From: Methylorubrum extorquens
Lineage (GTDB): Bacteria > Pseudomonadota > Alphaproteobacteria > Rhizobiales > Beijerinckiaceae
Reading direction: 5' to 3'
Assembly: GCA_900234795.1 (NCBI GenBank)
Contig: LT962688.1
Coordinates: forward strand, 2,220,001 to 2,252,000
Length of the DNA: 32,000 nucleotides
Part shown: piece after piece, positions 10,413 through 18,862 of the stretch
Numbering within the stretch: position 1 is the first letter of the stretch
How the letters are laid out: each line of letters begins with the position of its first letter
Translations under genes and position numbers: made by a program
Notes under the pieces: model-generated
Databases searched by the model: none
What the model saw: only the letters and a program-made list of their open reading frames with translations
What the model was told of the DNA's origin: nothing

Positions 10413-10667
10413 ATGACCCGTGCCCAGACCGCTTACCTCGACGACGACGCGCTCGACCTCTCCGCCGCGGATGCGACCCCCGCCCGCGTGATCGAGATCG
10501 GCGACATCACCGCCGGCATCGCCGTACCCGAGCGCGGCGGTGTCCGCTTCTTCTCGTCCGAGCGCCGCTTCGACGGACTCGACGGCACGCTGTTCCGCAC
10601 CGTGGAGCAAGCGGCCCGCGCGGCGCGCGAGAAAGGCCGCCAGCCGCGCCTGCGCGCGGTGGTGTAA
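10413..10667 (+). CDS. Orphan small hypothetical protein (84 aa)
   Basis: ATG preceded by AGGAG, GC3-rich codons, and its own terminator downstream. No family recognised. Confidence 0.6.
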   Translation: MTRAQTAYLDDDALDLSAADATPARVIEIGDITAGIAVPERGGVRFFSSERRFDGLDGTLFRTVEQAARAAREKGRQPRLRAVV

Positions 10668-10693
10668 CCCTCCGCAACACGCCGCATGAAGAC

Positions 10694-10730
10694 AGCCGGC
10701 GGCGCCGTTTCGGGCCGCCGGCTTGTTTTT
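10694..10730 (+). terminator. Rho-independent terminator of the 84-aa gene
   Basis: 10-bp stem AGCCGGCGGC/GCCGCCGGCT (10694-10703 / 10714-10723) followed by TGTTTTT. Confidence 0.75.
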
Positions 10731-10845
10731 GCGGGGTTCGTTTCAGAAGCGTCTTCGATCGCAAGACGGCCACGTCCGTTCGTGACGGTCCCGGATCGGT
10801 GGGCCCGCGGTGAAGGCCGGCGATGCAGCCCTCCGATGCGAAGAC

Positions 10846-11529
10846 CTACTTGCACTCCTCGCGTGCGCGCTTGAGCGCATCGGCGAAGCCGCCCAACGCG
10901 TAGTCGTCCTGAGTCGGCTTGCCGCGCTGAGAGGTCGTGCGGACCGTCGCGGTCTGGGTCCGGCTCATCTCCGTGACGATGCGCGGCTCGTCGGCCTGGT
11001 TCTGGATCCAGGCGTTCTCGTCCTTCGCCACGAGGCCGTAGCGGGTGCTGCCGACCGTGAGGTAGGGGTCGCTCGGGGCGGCGGCGGCGCCGGGCTTTGC
11101 TTGCGCGGCGGCCGGCTTCGGCTTGAAGCCGAGCATCACCGCGATCTCCCCCTGGGCGCCGCCCTTGGGGAAGGTGACGAACAGGTAGCCGGTGTCGCGC
11201 GCGAGCGTCTTGGGGCTGCGGGTCGTCGGCTGGGCGATGACGTAGCAGAGCTTGTCGCGGCCCTGCGCGCCGTTGGTGAAGACGTTCCAGTCGCCGAACA
11301 CCGCCAGCGGGACGGCCTGTTGCATCCCCGGCGGAAGTGCCGAACTCTTCGACTCGCGGCGGCTCGACCGGGCGAGGATGATCTCCGCTCCCTGTATGCC
11401 CTCCTGTGCGAGCGCACGCCCCGACGGGCCGGGCAGAGCCGCGGCAGCCGCGGCGGCCAGCGCGAGGGCCGCGAGGGGGCGGCCACGCCCAAAGGCGGGA
11501 TGAGAGATCGAAAGGCGGTGCCGCTGCAT
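10846..11529 (-). CDS. Invasion-associated locus B (IalB)-family periplasmic protein
   Basis: Start taken at ATG 11529 (MQRHRLSISHP...AALALAAAAAAALP signal). FGDWNVFTNGAQGRDKLCYVIAQP and the C-terminal GFADALKRAREECK resemble IalB-family proteins. Confidence 0.78.
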   Translation of the reverse strand: MQRHRLSISHPAFGRGRPLAALALAAAAAAALPGPSGRALAQEGIQGAEIILARSSRRESKSSALPPGMQQAVPLAVFGDWNVFTNGAQGRDKLCYVIAQPTTRSPKTLARDTGYLFVTFPKGGAQGEIAVMLGFKPKPAAAQAKPGAAAAPSDPYLTVGSTRYGLVAKDENAWIQNQADEPRIVTEMSRTQTATVRTTSQRGKPTQDDYALGGFADALKRAREECK

Positions 11530-11684
11530 CGTTACTCGGGTGTACGGACGGCCGGGTCGGCCCTCTTCACGCGCCGTCAAGATGACGGGCCGCAGCGTAA
11601 CAGGAAACCCCTGACCGCTCCGATTAACCGAAAACGGCCATGGGCCGCACCCGTCGACGCAGCCTGAAGCGGTCGGATGCGGTG

Positions 11685-11996
11685 TCAGGCCGCCCGCATC
11701 TCCGCGGCGAGCGTCGCCGAAGCGAGCGCGGCCGCGGGCAGGTCGATCGACGGATCGATCGGGGGAAGACGGATCTCGACCGCCGACGGAATGGTGCCGG
11801 GCGCCGGCTCGACCGGCTTAGGCTGCGCCGGCTTCTCCGGATCGTTGTAGGGGGTGTTGTAGGCCTTGCGGATCGAGGCCCAGAAGGCGCCCCGCTCCGC
11901 ATCGGTGAGCCGTGCGAGGCGAGCGTCGATGACCGCCATGGCCTCCGCCGCTAGGGCAGGCGTCTCCTCGACGGTGATCCAACTCTCAACGTTCAT
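11685..11996 (-). CDS. Small hypothetical protein (103 aa)
   Basis: ATG preceded by GGAG, GC3-rich codons, and a candidate EcfG-type promoter about 60 nt upstream. No family recognised. Confidence 0.6.
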   Translation of the reverse strand: MNVESWITVEETPALAAEAMAVIDARLARLTDAERGAFWASIRKAYNTPYNDPEKPAQPKPVEPAPGTIPSAVEIRLPPIDPSIDLPAAALASATLAAEMRAA

Positions 11997-12053
11997 GACG
12001 GCACTCCGCAGGTTCGGACAGTCGGATAGCCAAGCTCAGTTAGCTGAAACCTG

Positions 12054-12079
12054 AACGCCGCATTTTCCGTGCCCGTTCC
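12054..12079 (-). promoter_or_regulatory. Candidate EcfG-type (general stress response ECF sigma) promoter, GGAAC-N17-CGTT
   Basis: The minus strand reads GGAAC gggcacggaaaatgcgg CGTT. It lies between the argH stop (12093) and the 103-aa gene start (11996), in the correct orientation. Confidence 0.55.
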
Positions 12080-12092
12080 CGCAGGGCTGTTT

Positions 12093-13484
12093 TTACTTCT
12101 CCACAGGGCCGAGCTTTTCCAGCCAAGCTGCCGCCTGCCGGCGCACGTTGTCCGGTGCGGTGCCGCCGTAGCTGGTGCGGCTCGCCACCGAGTTCTCGAC
12201 GCCGAGGACCGCGAAGACGGCGTCCGTGATGCCCGGCTCGATCGCCCGCATGTCCTGGAGGGAGAGTTCCTCCAGCCCGATCCCGCGCTCGGAGGCTGCC
12301 GCGACGACGCGGCCGGTGACGTGATGGGCCTGGCGGAACGGCATGTTCAGCTCGCGCACCAGCCAGTCGGCGAGATCGGTGGCAGTGGCGTAGCCGGAGC
12401 CCGCCGCGCGCTTGAGCGTCTCGGCCACGGGTTCGAGGTCGCGCACCATGCCGGCCATGGCGGCAAGGCACAGCGAGAGCGATTGCAGGGCGTCGAAGGT
12501 GCCTTCCTTGTCCTCCTGCATGTCCTTCGAATAGGCGAGCGGCAGCCCCTTCATCACGATGAGCAGGCCCGTGAGCGCGCCGATGATGCGCCCCGCCTTG
12601 GCGCGCACGAGTTCGGCGGCGTCGGGATTGCGCTTCTGCGGCATGATCGACGAGCCGGTGGTGAAGCCGTCGGAGAGACGCACGAAGCCGAACTGGGCCG
12701 AGGTCCACACCACCAACTCCTCGGCAAAGCGCGAGAGGTGAACCGCGCAGATCGAGGCCGCCGAGAGCGATTCCAGCGCGAAGTCGCGGTCGGCCACGGA
12801 ATCGAGCGAGTTCGCGGTCGGTCGGTCGAAGCCGAGGGCGGCGGCCGTGGCGTGCCGGTCGATCGGGAAGGAGGTGCCGGCGAGTGCGGCGGCGCCGAGC
12901 GGGCATTCGTTGAGCCGCGCCCGCGCGTCGCGGAACCGGCCGCGGTCGCGCGCCAGCATCTCGACATAGGCGAGGCAGTGATGGCCGAAGGTGACGGGCT
13001 GGGCCGATTGCAGGTGGGTGAAGCCCGGCATCACCGTCCCGGCATGCTTTACCGCCGTCTCGGCCAGCGCCCGCTGCAGGTCGGCGACCTGCGCGTCGAG
13101 GGCGTCGAGGGTGTCGCGCACCCATAGCCGCATATCGGTGGCGACCTGATCGTTGCGCGAGCGGGCGGTGTGCAGGCGCCCCGCGGCGGGGCCGACGATC
13201 TCAGTCAGGCGGCTCTCCACCGCCATGTGGATGTCCTCCAACTCGCGCCGGAAGACGAATTCGCCGCGCGCGATCTCCGCCTCGACGGACTTGAGCCCGG
13301 CTTCGATGGCTGCCACATCCTCGGCCGGCAGGATGCCTTGGCTCCCCAGCATCGCGACATGCGCCAGCGAGCCGCGGATGTCCTGGGATGCCAGACGCCT
13401 GTCGAACCCGATGGAGGCGTTGATCTCCTCCATGATCTCGGCCGGGCCGCTGGCGAAGCGTCCACCCCACATCCGGTTGCTCAT
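12093..13484 (-). CDS. argH: Argininosuccinate lyase
   Basis: Start taken at ATG 13484 ([14 protein letters not shown]...). Contains the fumarate-lyase signature [12 protein letters not shown]. 463 aa. Confidence 0.95.
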   Translation of the reverse strand: MSNRMWGGRFASGPAEIMEEINASIGFDRRLASQDIRGSLAHVAMLGSQGILPAEDVAAIEAGLKSVEAEIARGEFVFRRELEDIHMAVESRLTEIVGPAAGRLHTARSRNDQVATDMRLWVRDTLDALDAQVADLQRALAETAVKHAGTVMPGFTHLQSAQPVTFGHHCLAYVEMLARDRGRFRDARARLNECPLGAAALAGTSFPIDRHATAAALGFDRPTANSLDSVADRDFALESLSAASICAVHLSRFAEELVVWTSAQFGFVRLSDGFTTGSSIMPQKRNPDAAELVRAKAGRIIGALTGLLIVMKGLPLAYSKDMQEDKEGTFDALQSLSLCLAAMAGMVRDLEPVAETLKRAAGSGYATATDLADWLVRELNMPFRQAHHVTGRVVAAASERGIGLEELSLQDMRAIEPGITDAVFAVLGVENSVASRTSYGGTAPDNVRRQAAAWLEKLGPVEK

Positions 13485-13523
13485 GGCTGATCCCACCTTC
13501 CGCACGCGAAACGAGGTTCGGCC

Positions 13524-14165
13524 GTGACGGCGACCCCGAAAATCCTTGCCGCGGGCGGCGCGCTCGCCGCCGTCCTCGTCGGCGGCCTCGCCCTATACGG
13601 GACGGGCTCGAACGTCGGCAACCTCGCGGCCTCCGGCCCCTGCGCCGAAGCCGCCCCGGTCGCGGCCCGGCTCGCGCCGTTGGCCCGCGGCGACGTTGCC
13701 GCTTTCGACGCCTCCGCTGCCCCGAAGCCGGCACCCGCCGTCGCCTTCAAGGGCCCGGACGGCGCGCCGACCGATCTCGCGTCCTTGCGCGGAAAACTGC
13801 TCCTGGTGAACCTGTGGGCGACGTGGTGCGCTCCCTGCAAGGCGGAGATGCCGGCCCTCGACCGCCTTCAGGCGGAACTCGGTGGCGACAGCTTCCAAGT
13901 GGTGGCGATCAATGTCGAGACGCGCAATCTCGACAAGCCGCCCGCATGGTTCAAGGCCAACGGCATCGCGCATCTGACCTATTACGGCGACCCCGAGGGC
14001 AAGGTGCTGCCGGCGATCCAGTCGGCGGTCGGCTCCACGGGGCTGCCGACGACGATGCTGATCGACGCCAAGGGCTGCACGCTCGGCGTGATGAAGGGCC
14101 CGGCCGAATGGTCGAGCGAGGACGGCAAGCGGCTGATCCGGGCGGCGCTGGCGAAATCCTCCTGA
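13524..14165 (+). CDS. tlpA: Membrane-anchored thioredoxin-like thiol:disulfide oxidoreductase (TlpA/ResA family)
   Basis: 213 aa with GTG start. It has an N-terminal anchor and the [19 protein letters not shown] CxxC motif, and sits divergent from argH. Confidence 0.78.
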   Translation: MTATPKILAAGGALAAVLVGGLALYGTGSNVGNLAASGPCAEAAPVAARLAPLARGDVAAFDASAAPKPAPAVAFKGPDGAPTDLASLRGKLLLVNLWATWCAPCKAEMPALDRLQAELGGDSFQVVAINVETRNLDKPPAWFKANGIAHLTYYGDPEGKVLPAIQSAVGSTGLPTTMLIDAKGCTLGVMKGPAEWSSEDGKRLIRAALAKSS

Positions 14166-14214
14166 TTGTCCAAGGTGCCTGATTTTCCAAGCCAGCCCGA
14201 TTTTCCAAGCCAGC
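14161..14214. repeat. Three tandem ~18-bp direct repeats between tlpA and nhaA
   Basis: CCTGATTGTCCAAGGTG / CCTGATTTTCCAAGCCAG / CCCGATTTTCCAAGCCAG. The last two share an identical 16-mer, GATTTTCCAAGCCAGC (14181-14196 and 14199-14214). Confidence 0.85.
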
Positions 14215-14254
14215 GGGTTGCGGTGCCGGCCCAGGGCGGGCAACGGGTCACGGC

Positions 14255-15496
14255 ATGAAGCCGCCGCCCCCCTCCGTCCGTGCGCTCCCGCGCCCTCTGC
14301 AACGCTCGTACTCGGCAACACGCCGCTTTCTCACGAACGAGGCGGCCGGCGGCATCGTGCTCATGGTCGCGGCCGGCGCCGCGCTCGTGGTCGCCAATTC
14401 GCCCCTGGCGCAGACCTACCACGACCTCTTGCACATCCATCTCGGGCCCTTGAGCCTGATGCACTGGATCAACGACGGCCTGATGGTCGTGTTCTTCCTG
14501 CTGGTCGGCCTCGAGATCAAGCGCGAGGGACTGGACGGGCGCCTGCGCACATGGCCCGACCGGGTGCTGCCGGGCCTTGCCGCCGCGGCGGGCATGGCGG
14601 TGCCGGCCCTGGTCTACCTCGCCTTCAATGCCGGGCAGTCCACGGCTCGGGGCTGGGCGATCCCCGCCGCGACCGACATCGCCTTTGCGCTGGGCGTCCT
14701 CGCGCTGCTGGGCTCGCGCGTGCCCGTTTCACTCAAGATCTTCCTGTCGGCGGTGGCCATCGTCGACGATCTCGGCGCCGTGGTGATCATCGCGCTGTTC
14801 TATACGGGGCAGCTCGATACCACGATGCTGGCGGCCTCGGCCGGGATGCTGGCCGTGCTGTTCGCCCTCAACCGCCTCGGTGTGCGCGCGCTCCTGCCCT
14901 ATCTCCTCGCGGGCCTCGTCCTCTGGGTGTTCGTCTTGCGCTCCGGCGTTCACGCCACGGTGGCCGGCGTGCTGCTCGCCCTGTTCGTGCCGATCCGCCC
15001 GAGCCCGGGCCGACCGGAGGACGCGACCTCGCCCCTGCACCGTCTGGAGCACGCCCTGACGCCCTGGGTCTCGTTCCTGATCGTGCCGATCTTCGGCTTC
15101 GCCAATGCGGGGGTGACGCTCCTCGGCTTGCCGGCGCGGGCGCTGATCGAGCCCGTGACCCTCGGCGTCGCGCTCGGCCTGTTCATCGGCAAGCAGGTCG
15201 GCATCTTCGCGAGCGTTCGGCTCGCCGCCGCTCTTGGCCTCGTTTCTCGCCCGGCGGGGGCGACCTGGGTGCAAGTCTACGGCGTCGCGCTCCTCTGCGG
15301 CATCGGCTTCACCATGAGCCTGTTCATCGGCGCCCTCGCCTTCACGGATGGCCTGCACGAGACCGAGACCAAGCTCGGCGTCCTCGGCGGCTCGCTGCTC
15401 TCGGCGCTGTTCGGTGCCGTGCTGCTCGCCCGGGCGACCGCGCGGGTGGCGAGCCCGCGCCGGGACCTCGGAGCCGAGCCCGACCGCTTGCCTTGA
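14255..15496 (+). CDS. nhaA: Na+/H+ antiporter NhaA
   Basis: 413 aa, polytopic. Contains NhaA motifs: [36 protein letters not shown]. Confidence 0.92.
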   Translation: MKPPPPSVRALPRPLQRSYSATRRFLTNEAAGGIVLMVAAGAALVVANSPLAQTYHDLLHIHLGPLSLMHWINDGLMVVFFLLVGLEIKREGLDGRLRTWPDRVLPGLAAAAGMAVPALVYLAFNAGQSTARGWAIPAATDIAFALGVLALLGSRVPVSLKIFLSAVAIVDDLGAVVIIALFYTGQLDTTMLAASAGMLAVLFALNRLGVRALLPYLLAGLVLWVFVLRSGVHATVAGVLLALFVPIRPSPGRPEDATSPLHRLEHALTPWVSFLIVPIFGFANAGVTLLGLPARALIEPVTLGVALGLFIGKQVGIFASVRLAAALGLVSRPAGATWVQVYGVALLCGIGFTMSLFIGALAFTDGLHETETKLGVLGGSLLSALFGAVLLARATARVASPRRDLGAEPDRLP

Positions 15497-15581
15497 CCTC
15501 CGGCCTCGGCCTACTCAGGCCGGAAGCGTCGCGGTGGTAGATGGTCCGTCTTCCGGCCCGTCATCCCGCGCGAGGGCGAAC

Positions 15582-15929
15582 ATGCTGCGAACCGTTTCCC
15601 GTTTCCTCGGACTGCCGTTCTTCAGCCGGGCGCTCGGGCTCCTGATGATGGCGGCGGGCTTCGTGCAGCTCTGCTACGACGGCGCCCGCTCCATCGCCAA
15701 TAACGGCCTGCGGGTGACGAGCCTCGCCGAACTGATCCAGTCCCTGCCGCAAGAGCGGATCACCGCCCTCGGAACCACGATCCGGCAGGCGGCACCCTGG
15801 GCGGATACGGTTCTGCTGACCCCACTCGGCCTCGTCCCGGCGGCCCTGTTCGGGCTCGGTGTCGGGGCCGTGCTGGTTTGGCTCGGCCAGCCGCCGCGGG
15901 AGCCGATCGGGTTTCTGACCCGGCCGTAG
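15582..15929 (+). CDS. Small hypothetical membrane protein (115 aa)
   Basis: The internal ATG 15582 gives MLRTVSRFLGLPFFSRALGLLMMAAGFVQL... with about three hydrophobic segments. The upstream part of the ORF overlaps the nhaA 3' end. Confidence 0.55.
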   Translation: MLRTVSRFLGLPFFSRALGLLMMAAGFVQLCYDGARSIANNGLRVTSLAELIQSLPQERITALGTTIRQAAPWADTVLLTPLGLVPAALFGLGVGAVLVWLGQPPREPIGFLTRP

Positions 15930-15959
15930 AGCGTCGTCCCGAAGAGGGTTCAGACGTCC

Positions 15960-16364
15960 TCAGATCCCCCAATACGGCGCCGCGTTGTAGTAGCGGTGGA
16001 CGTGCTCCTCCCAGGCGCGCTCGTCCTCCGGGTCGCCGCCCTCCGGCGAGCGGGCGGGTGCGTCGCGCAGCTGCGCCTCGGTGATGTCGACGACGTAGGC
16101 ATCGAGGCCCAGGTCGTAGCGCAAAACCGCCCAGGGCAGCGTGTAGTATTCCTCGCCCATGCCCAAGAAGCCGCCGAAGCTCATCACCGCGTAGGCGACG
16201 CGGCCGGAGCGCTTGTCGAGCATCAGCCGCTCGATGCGGCCGACCTTGCTCTCGTCGGTCCGGCGCACCTCGGTGCCGATGACGCGATCGCTGGCGATCA
16301 GGCTGCGGGGCGGGGGCGCCGCATTGGCCGCAGCTTCGGAACGAACCGGATCCATGGCGATCAT
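15960..16364 (-). CDS. PRC-barrel domain protein
   Basis: 134 aa. ASDRVIGTEVRRTDESKVGRIERLMLDKRSGRVAYAVMSFGGFLGMGEEYYTLPW is a typical PRC-barrel sequence. Confidence 0.85.
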   Translation of the reverse strand: MIAMDPVRSEAAANAAPPPRSLIASDRVIGTEVRRTDESKVGRIERLMLDKRSGRVAYAVMSFGGFLGMGEEYYTLPWAVLRYDLGLDAYVVDITEAQLRDAPARSPEGGDPEDERAWEEHVHRYYNAAPYWGI

Positions 16365-16394
16365 CCTGCAACGTTGTTACAGCTTGCCATAAAA

Positions 16395-16420
16395 AACGCC
16401 CATGCGGCCGGGCACGTTCC
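16395..16420 (-). promoter_or_regulatory. Candidate EcfG-type promoter, GGAAC-N17-CGTT, upstream of the PRC-barrel gene
   Basis: The minus strand reads GGAAC gtgcccggccgcatggg CGTT. The -10 element ends 30 nt upstream of ATG 16364. Confidence 0.6.
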
Positions 16421-16481
16421 GGCCGGTGCGGCACCCACCCTTGCCCCATCCTGCCCCGCCATCCCGGACGAGCCACCGCGC

Positions 16482-17412
16482 ATGCCGCTGACCCGCCTGA
16501 CCCTCCCTGCCCTCGCGCTTGCCCTCCCGGCGCTGCTGAGCCCGGCCGCGGCGCAGGACCGCGGCAGCGTCAACCCGAAGCCGCTGCCGCCGCTCGCCAA
16601 CCCGAACGATCCCTCGACGCCGGCCAAGGCCCTGTTCGGCCGCGTCACCGGGCCGGCCAGCGGGCCGGCGCGGCCGTTCGGCTCCTACGCCAAGGGCTGT
16701 TTCTCCGGCGGCGAGGCGCTGCCCCTCGATGGCGCGACCTGGCAGGTGATGCGGCCCTCCCGCAACCGGATGTGGGGCACGCCCCATCTCGTTGATTTCA
16801 TCGAGCGCCTGGCCGCCCGCGCGCCGCAGGCCGGCTGGCCCGGCCTTCTCGTCGGCGACATGTCCCAGCCCCGCGGCGGGCCGATGCTTACCGGCCACGC
16901 CTCGCACCAGCTCGGCCTGGACGTGGACGTCTGGCTCACGCCCATGCCGGACCACCGCATGACCCGGGCCGAGCGCGAGGAGACCTCGGCCACCGACATG
17001 GTGCGCTCGGACCGGCTCGACATCGACCCCGACGTCTGGACGCGCCAGCATACCGCGCTGATCCGCATGACGGCCAAGCAGCCCGAGGTGGCGCGGATCT
17101 TCGTGAACGCGGCGATCAAGAAGGCCCTATGCCGCGAGGCGGGCGGGGATCGCGGCTGGCTCACCAAGGTGCGCCCGATGTACGGGCACAACTACCACTA
17201 CCATATCCGCCTCGCCTGCCCGGCCGGCGACGGCGCCTGTGACGACCAGGCGCCCCCCGCCCTCCGGCGACGGCTGCGGCTCCGAACTCGATTACTGGTT
17301 CAGCGCGGCGGTGCTGAACCCGCCCAAGCCCAAAACCCCGCCGAAGCCCCGCCCGCCGATGACGCTCGCCGGCCTGCCCGACGCCTGCCGGGCGGTGCTG
17401 CACGCGCGGTAG
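16482..17412 (+). pseudogene. mepA: Penicillin-insensitive murein endopeptidase MepA, interrupted by a +1 frameshift at a C6 run (17253-17258)
   Basis: Signal peptide MPLTRLTLPALALALPALLSPAAAQ, then GHASHQLGLDVDVW and HYHIRLACP. After the C run the conserved C-terminus PPSGDGCGSELDYWFSAAV...ACRAVLHAR* continues in the +1 frame to TAG 17410-17412. The original frame runs on as Arg-rich sequence to 17531. Confidence 0.85.
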
Positions 17413-17419
17413 AGGTCGC

Positions 17420-17924
17420 CTACTTCTCGTGGTGTCCGGCCGAGAGCCGGTCGGTCAGCGCCATCAGCAGGCCGGACACCACGAACACCATGTGGATGCC
17501 GACCAGCCAGGACAGGTCGCGGTCGCTGTAGTTTTTTCACGTCGAGGAACGACTTCAGCAGCTGGATCGCCGAGATCGCGACGATGGAGGAGATCAGCTT
17601 CAGCTTGAGTCCGCTGAAGTCGATGGTGCCCATCCAGGTGGGCCAGTCCTTGTGGTCGGTGTGATCGAACTTCGAGACGAAATTCTCGTAGCCTGAGAAG
17701 ATCACGATGATCAGCAGCGAGCCGGTGAAGGTCAGATCGACCAGCGCGAGAACGCCGAGGATGGTCTGCGACTCGGTGGACTCGAACGCGTGCGTGACGA
17801 CGTGGCCGAGTTCCAGCAGCAGCCGGACCAGCAGGACGACGAGCGCGATCGTCAGCGCGGCGTAGAACGGCGCCAGCAGCCACCGGCAGGCAAAGAGAAA
17901 GCGTTCGAAGCCACGTTCCAGCAT
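17420..17924 (-). pseudogene. yqhA: UPF0114 (YqhA-family) membrane protein, interrupted by a frameshift at an A6/T6 run (17532-17537)
   Basis: Begins MLERGFERFLFACRWLLAPFY...FSGYENFVSKF...LLKSFLDVK. Removing one A restores NYSDRDLSWLVGIHMVFVVSGLLMALTDRLSAGHHEK*, the family-typical C-terminal TM helix, ending at 17420. The uncorrected frame gives Arg/Gly/Pro-rich sequence to 17292. Confidence 0.85.
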
Positions 17925-18028
17925 TGTCTCTCGATCCCGGCCATCCGAGGGGCCGGGATTTGGCATGGGCGCAACGGCCCCGCAAGACGGTCAAGCTTGG
18001 ATCGGCCTTGTCGGGGCCGGGCGGAGTC

Positions 18029-18688
18029 TCACTCCGCCGCGACGCCGACACCCACGGGGCAGGACACGCCGGTGCCGCCGAGCCCGCAATAGCCGCCGGG
18101 ATTCTTGGCAAGGTATTGCTGGTGGTACTCTTCCGCGAAGTAGAAGGTCTCGAGCGGCACGATCTCCGTCGTGATCGGCCCGTAACCCCGCGCGTCGAGC
18201 GCCTGCGCGTAGGAATCGCGCACCGCCCGTGCCGTTGCGGCCTGGGCCTCGCTGCCCGTGTAGATGCCGGAGCGGTACTGGGTGCCGACATCGTTGCCCT
18301 GGCGATACCCCTGCGTCGGGTTGTGGCTCTCGAAGAAGGTCTTGAGCACGGCCTCCAGCGGCAGCACGGCGGGGTCATAGGCCACCAGGACGACCTCGTT
18401 GTGGCCCGTGAGCCCGGAGCAGACCTCCTCGTAGGTCGGGTTGGGCGTGGTGCCCCCGGCATAGCCCACGGCGGTGACGTGGACGCCCTGGGGCAATTCC
18501 CAGAACTTGCGCTCGGCGCCCCAGAAGCAGCCGAGCCCGAGCACGATCGTCTCGACGCCCTCCGGATAGGGCCCCTTCAGGGGATTGCCGTTGACGAAAT
18601 GGCGCTCGGCGGTCGGGAGGGGATTCGGCCGGCCGGGCAGCACTTCGGACGGAGCCGGCATCTCGGGCCGCTTGCGGAACAGAAGCAT
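18029..18688 (-). CDS. msrA: Peptide-methionine (S)-S-oxide reductase
   Basis: 219 aa from ATG 18688 (GAGGAAACAGCG upstream). Contains the GLGCFWGAE active site and [13 protein letters not shown]. Confidence 0.95.
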   Translation of the reverse strand: MLLFRKRPEMPAPSEVLPGRPNPLPTAERHFVNGNPLKGPYPEGVETIVLGLGCFWGAERKFWELPQGVHVTAVGYAGGTTPNPTYEEVCSGLTGHNEVVLVAYDPAVLPLEAVLKTFFESHNPTQGYRQGNDVGTQYRSGIYTGSEAQAATARAVRDSYAQALDARGYGPITTEIVPLETFYFAEEYHQQYLAKNPGGYCGLGGTGVSCPVGVGVAAE

Positions 18689-18862
18689 CGCTGTTTCCTC
18701 TGGTGGTCGCGGGGCGGGCACGCAGTCGGCGCGCCGGTGTGCATCCCGCTCGATTTCGCTTGATATGGTCATCGCCGTCTGCTTTGGCGACAGGGTCAGG
18801 TGAGGCCGCGCCCTCGGCGGCTTCGGCCGTGCCATTCGCACCTGGGGAGCGATCGGGAACAG

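Noticed and set aside
12040-13127. 361-aa (minus) and 352-aa (plus) ORFs within argH
   Set aside because: These are shadow frames of argininosuccinate lyase, Arg/Gly/His-rich, with no motifs.
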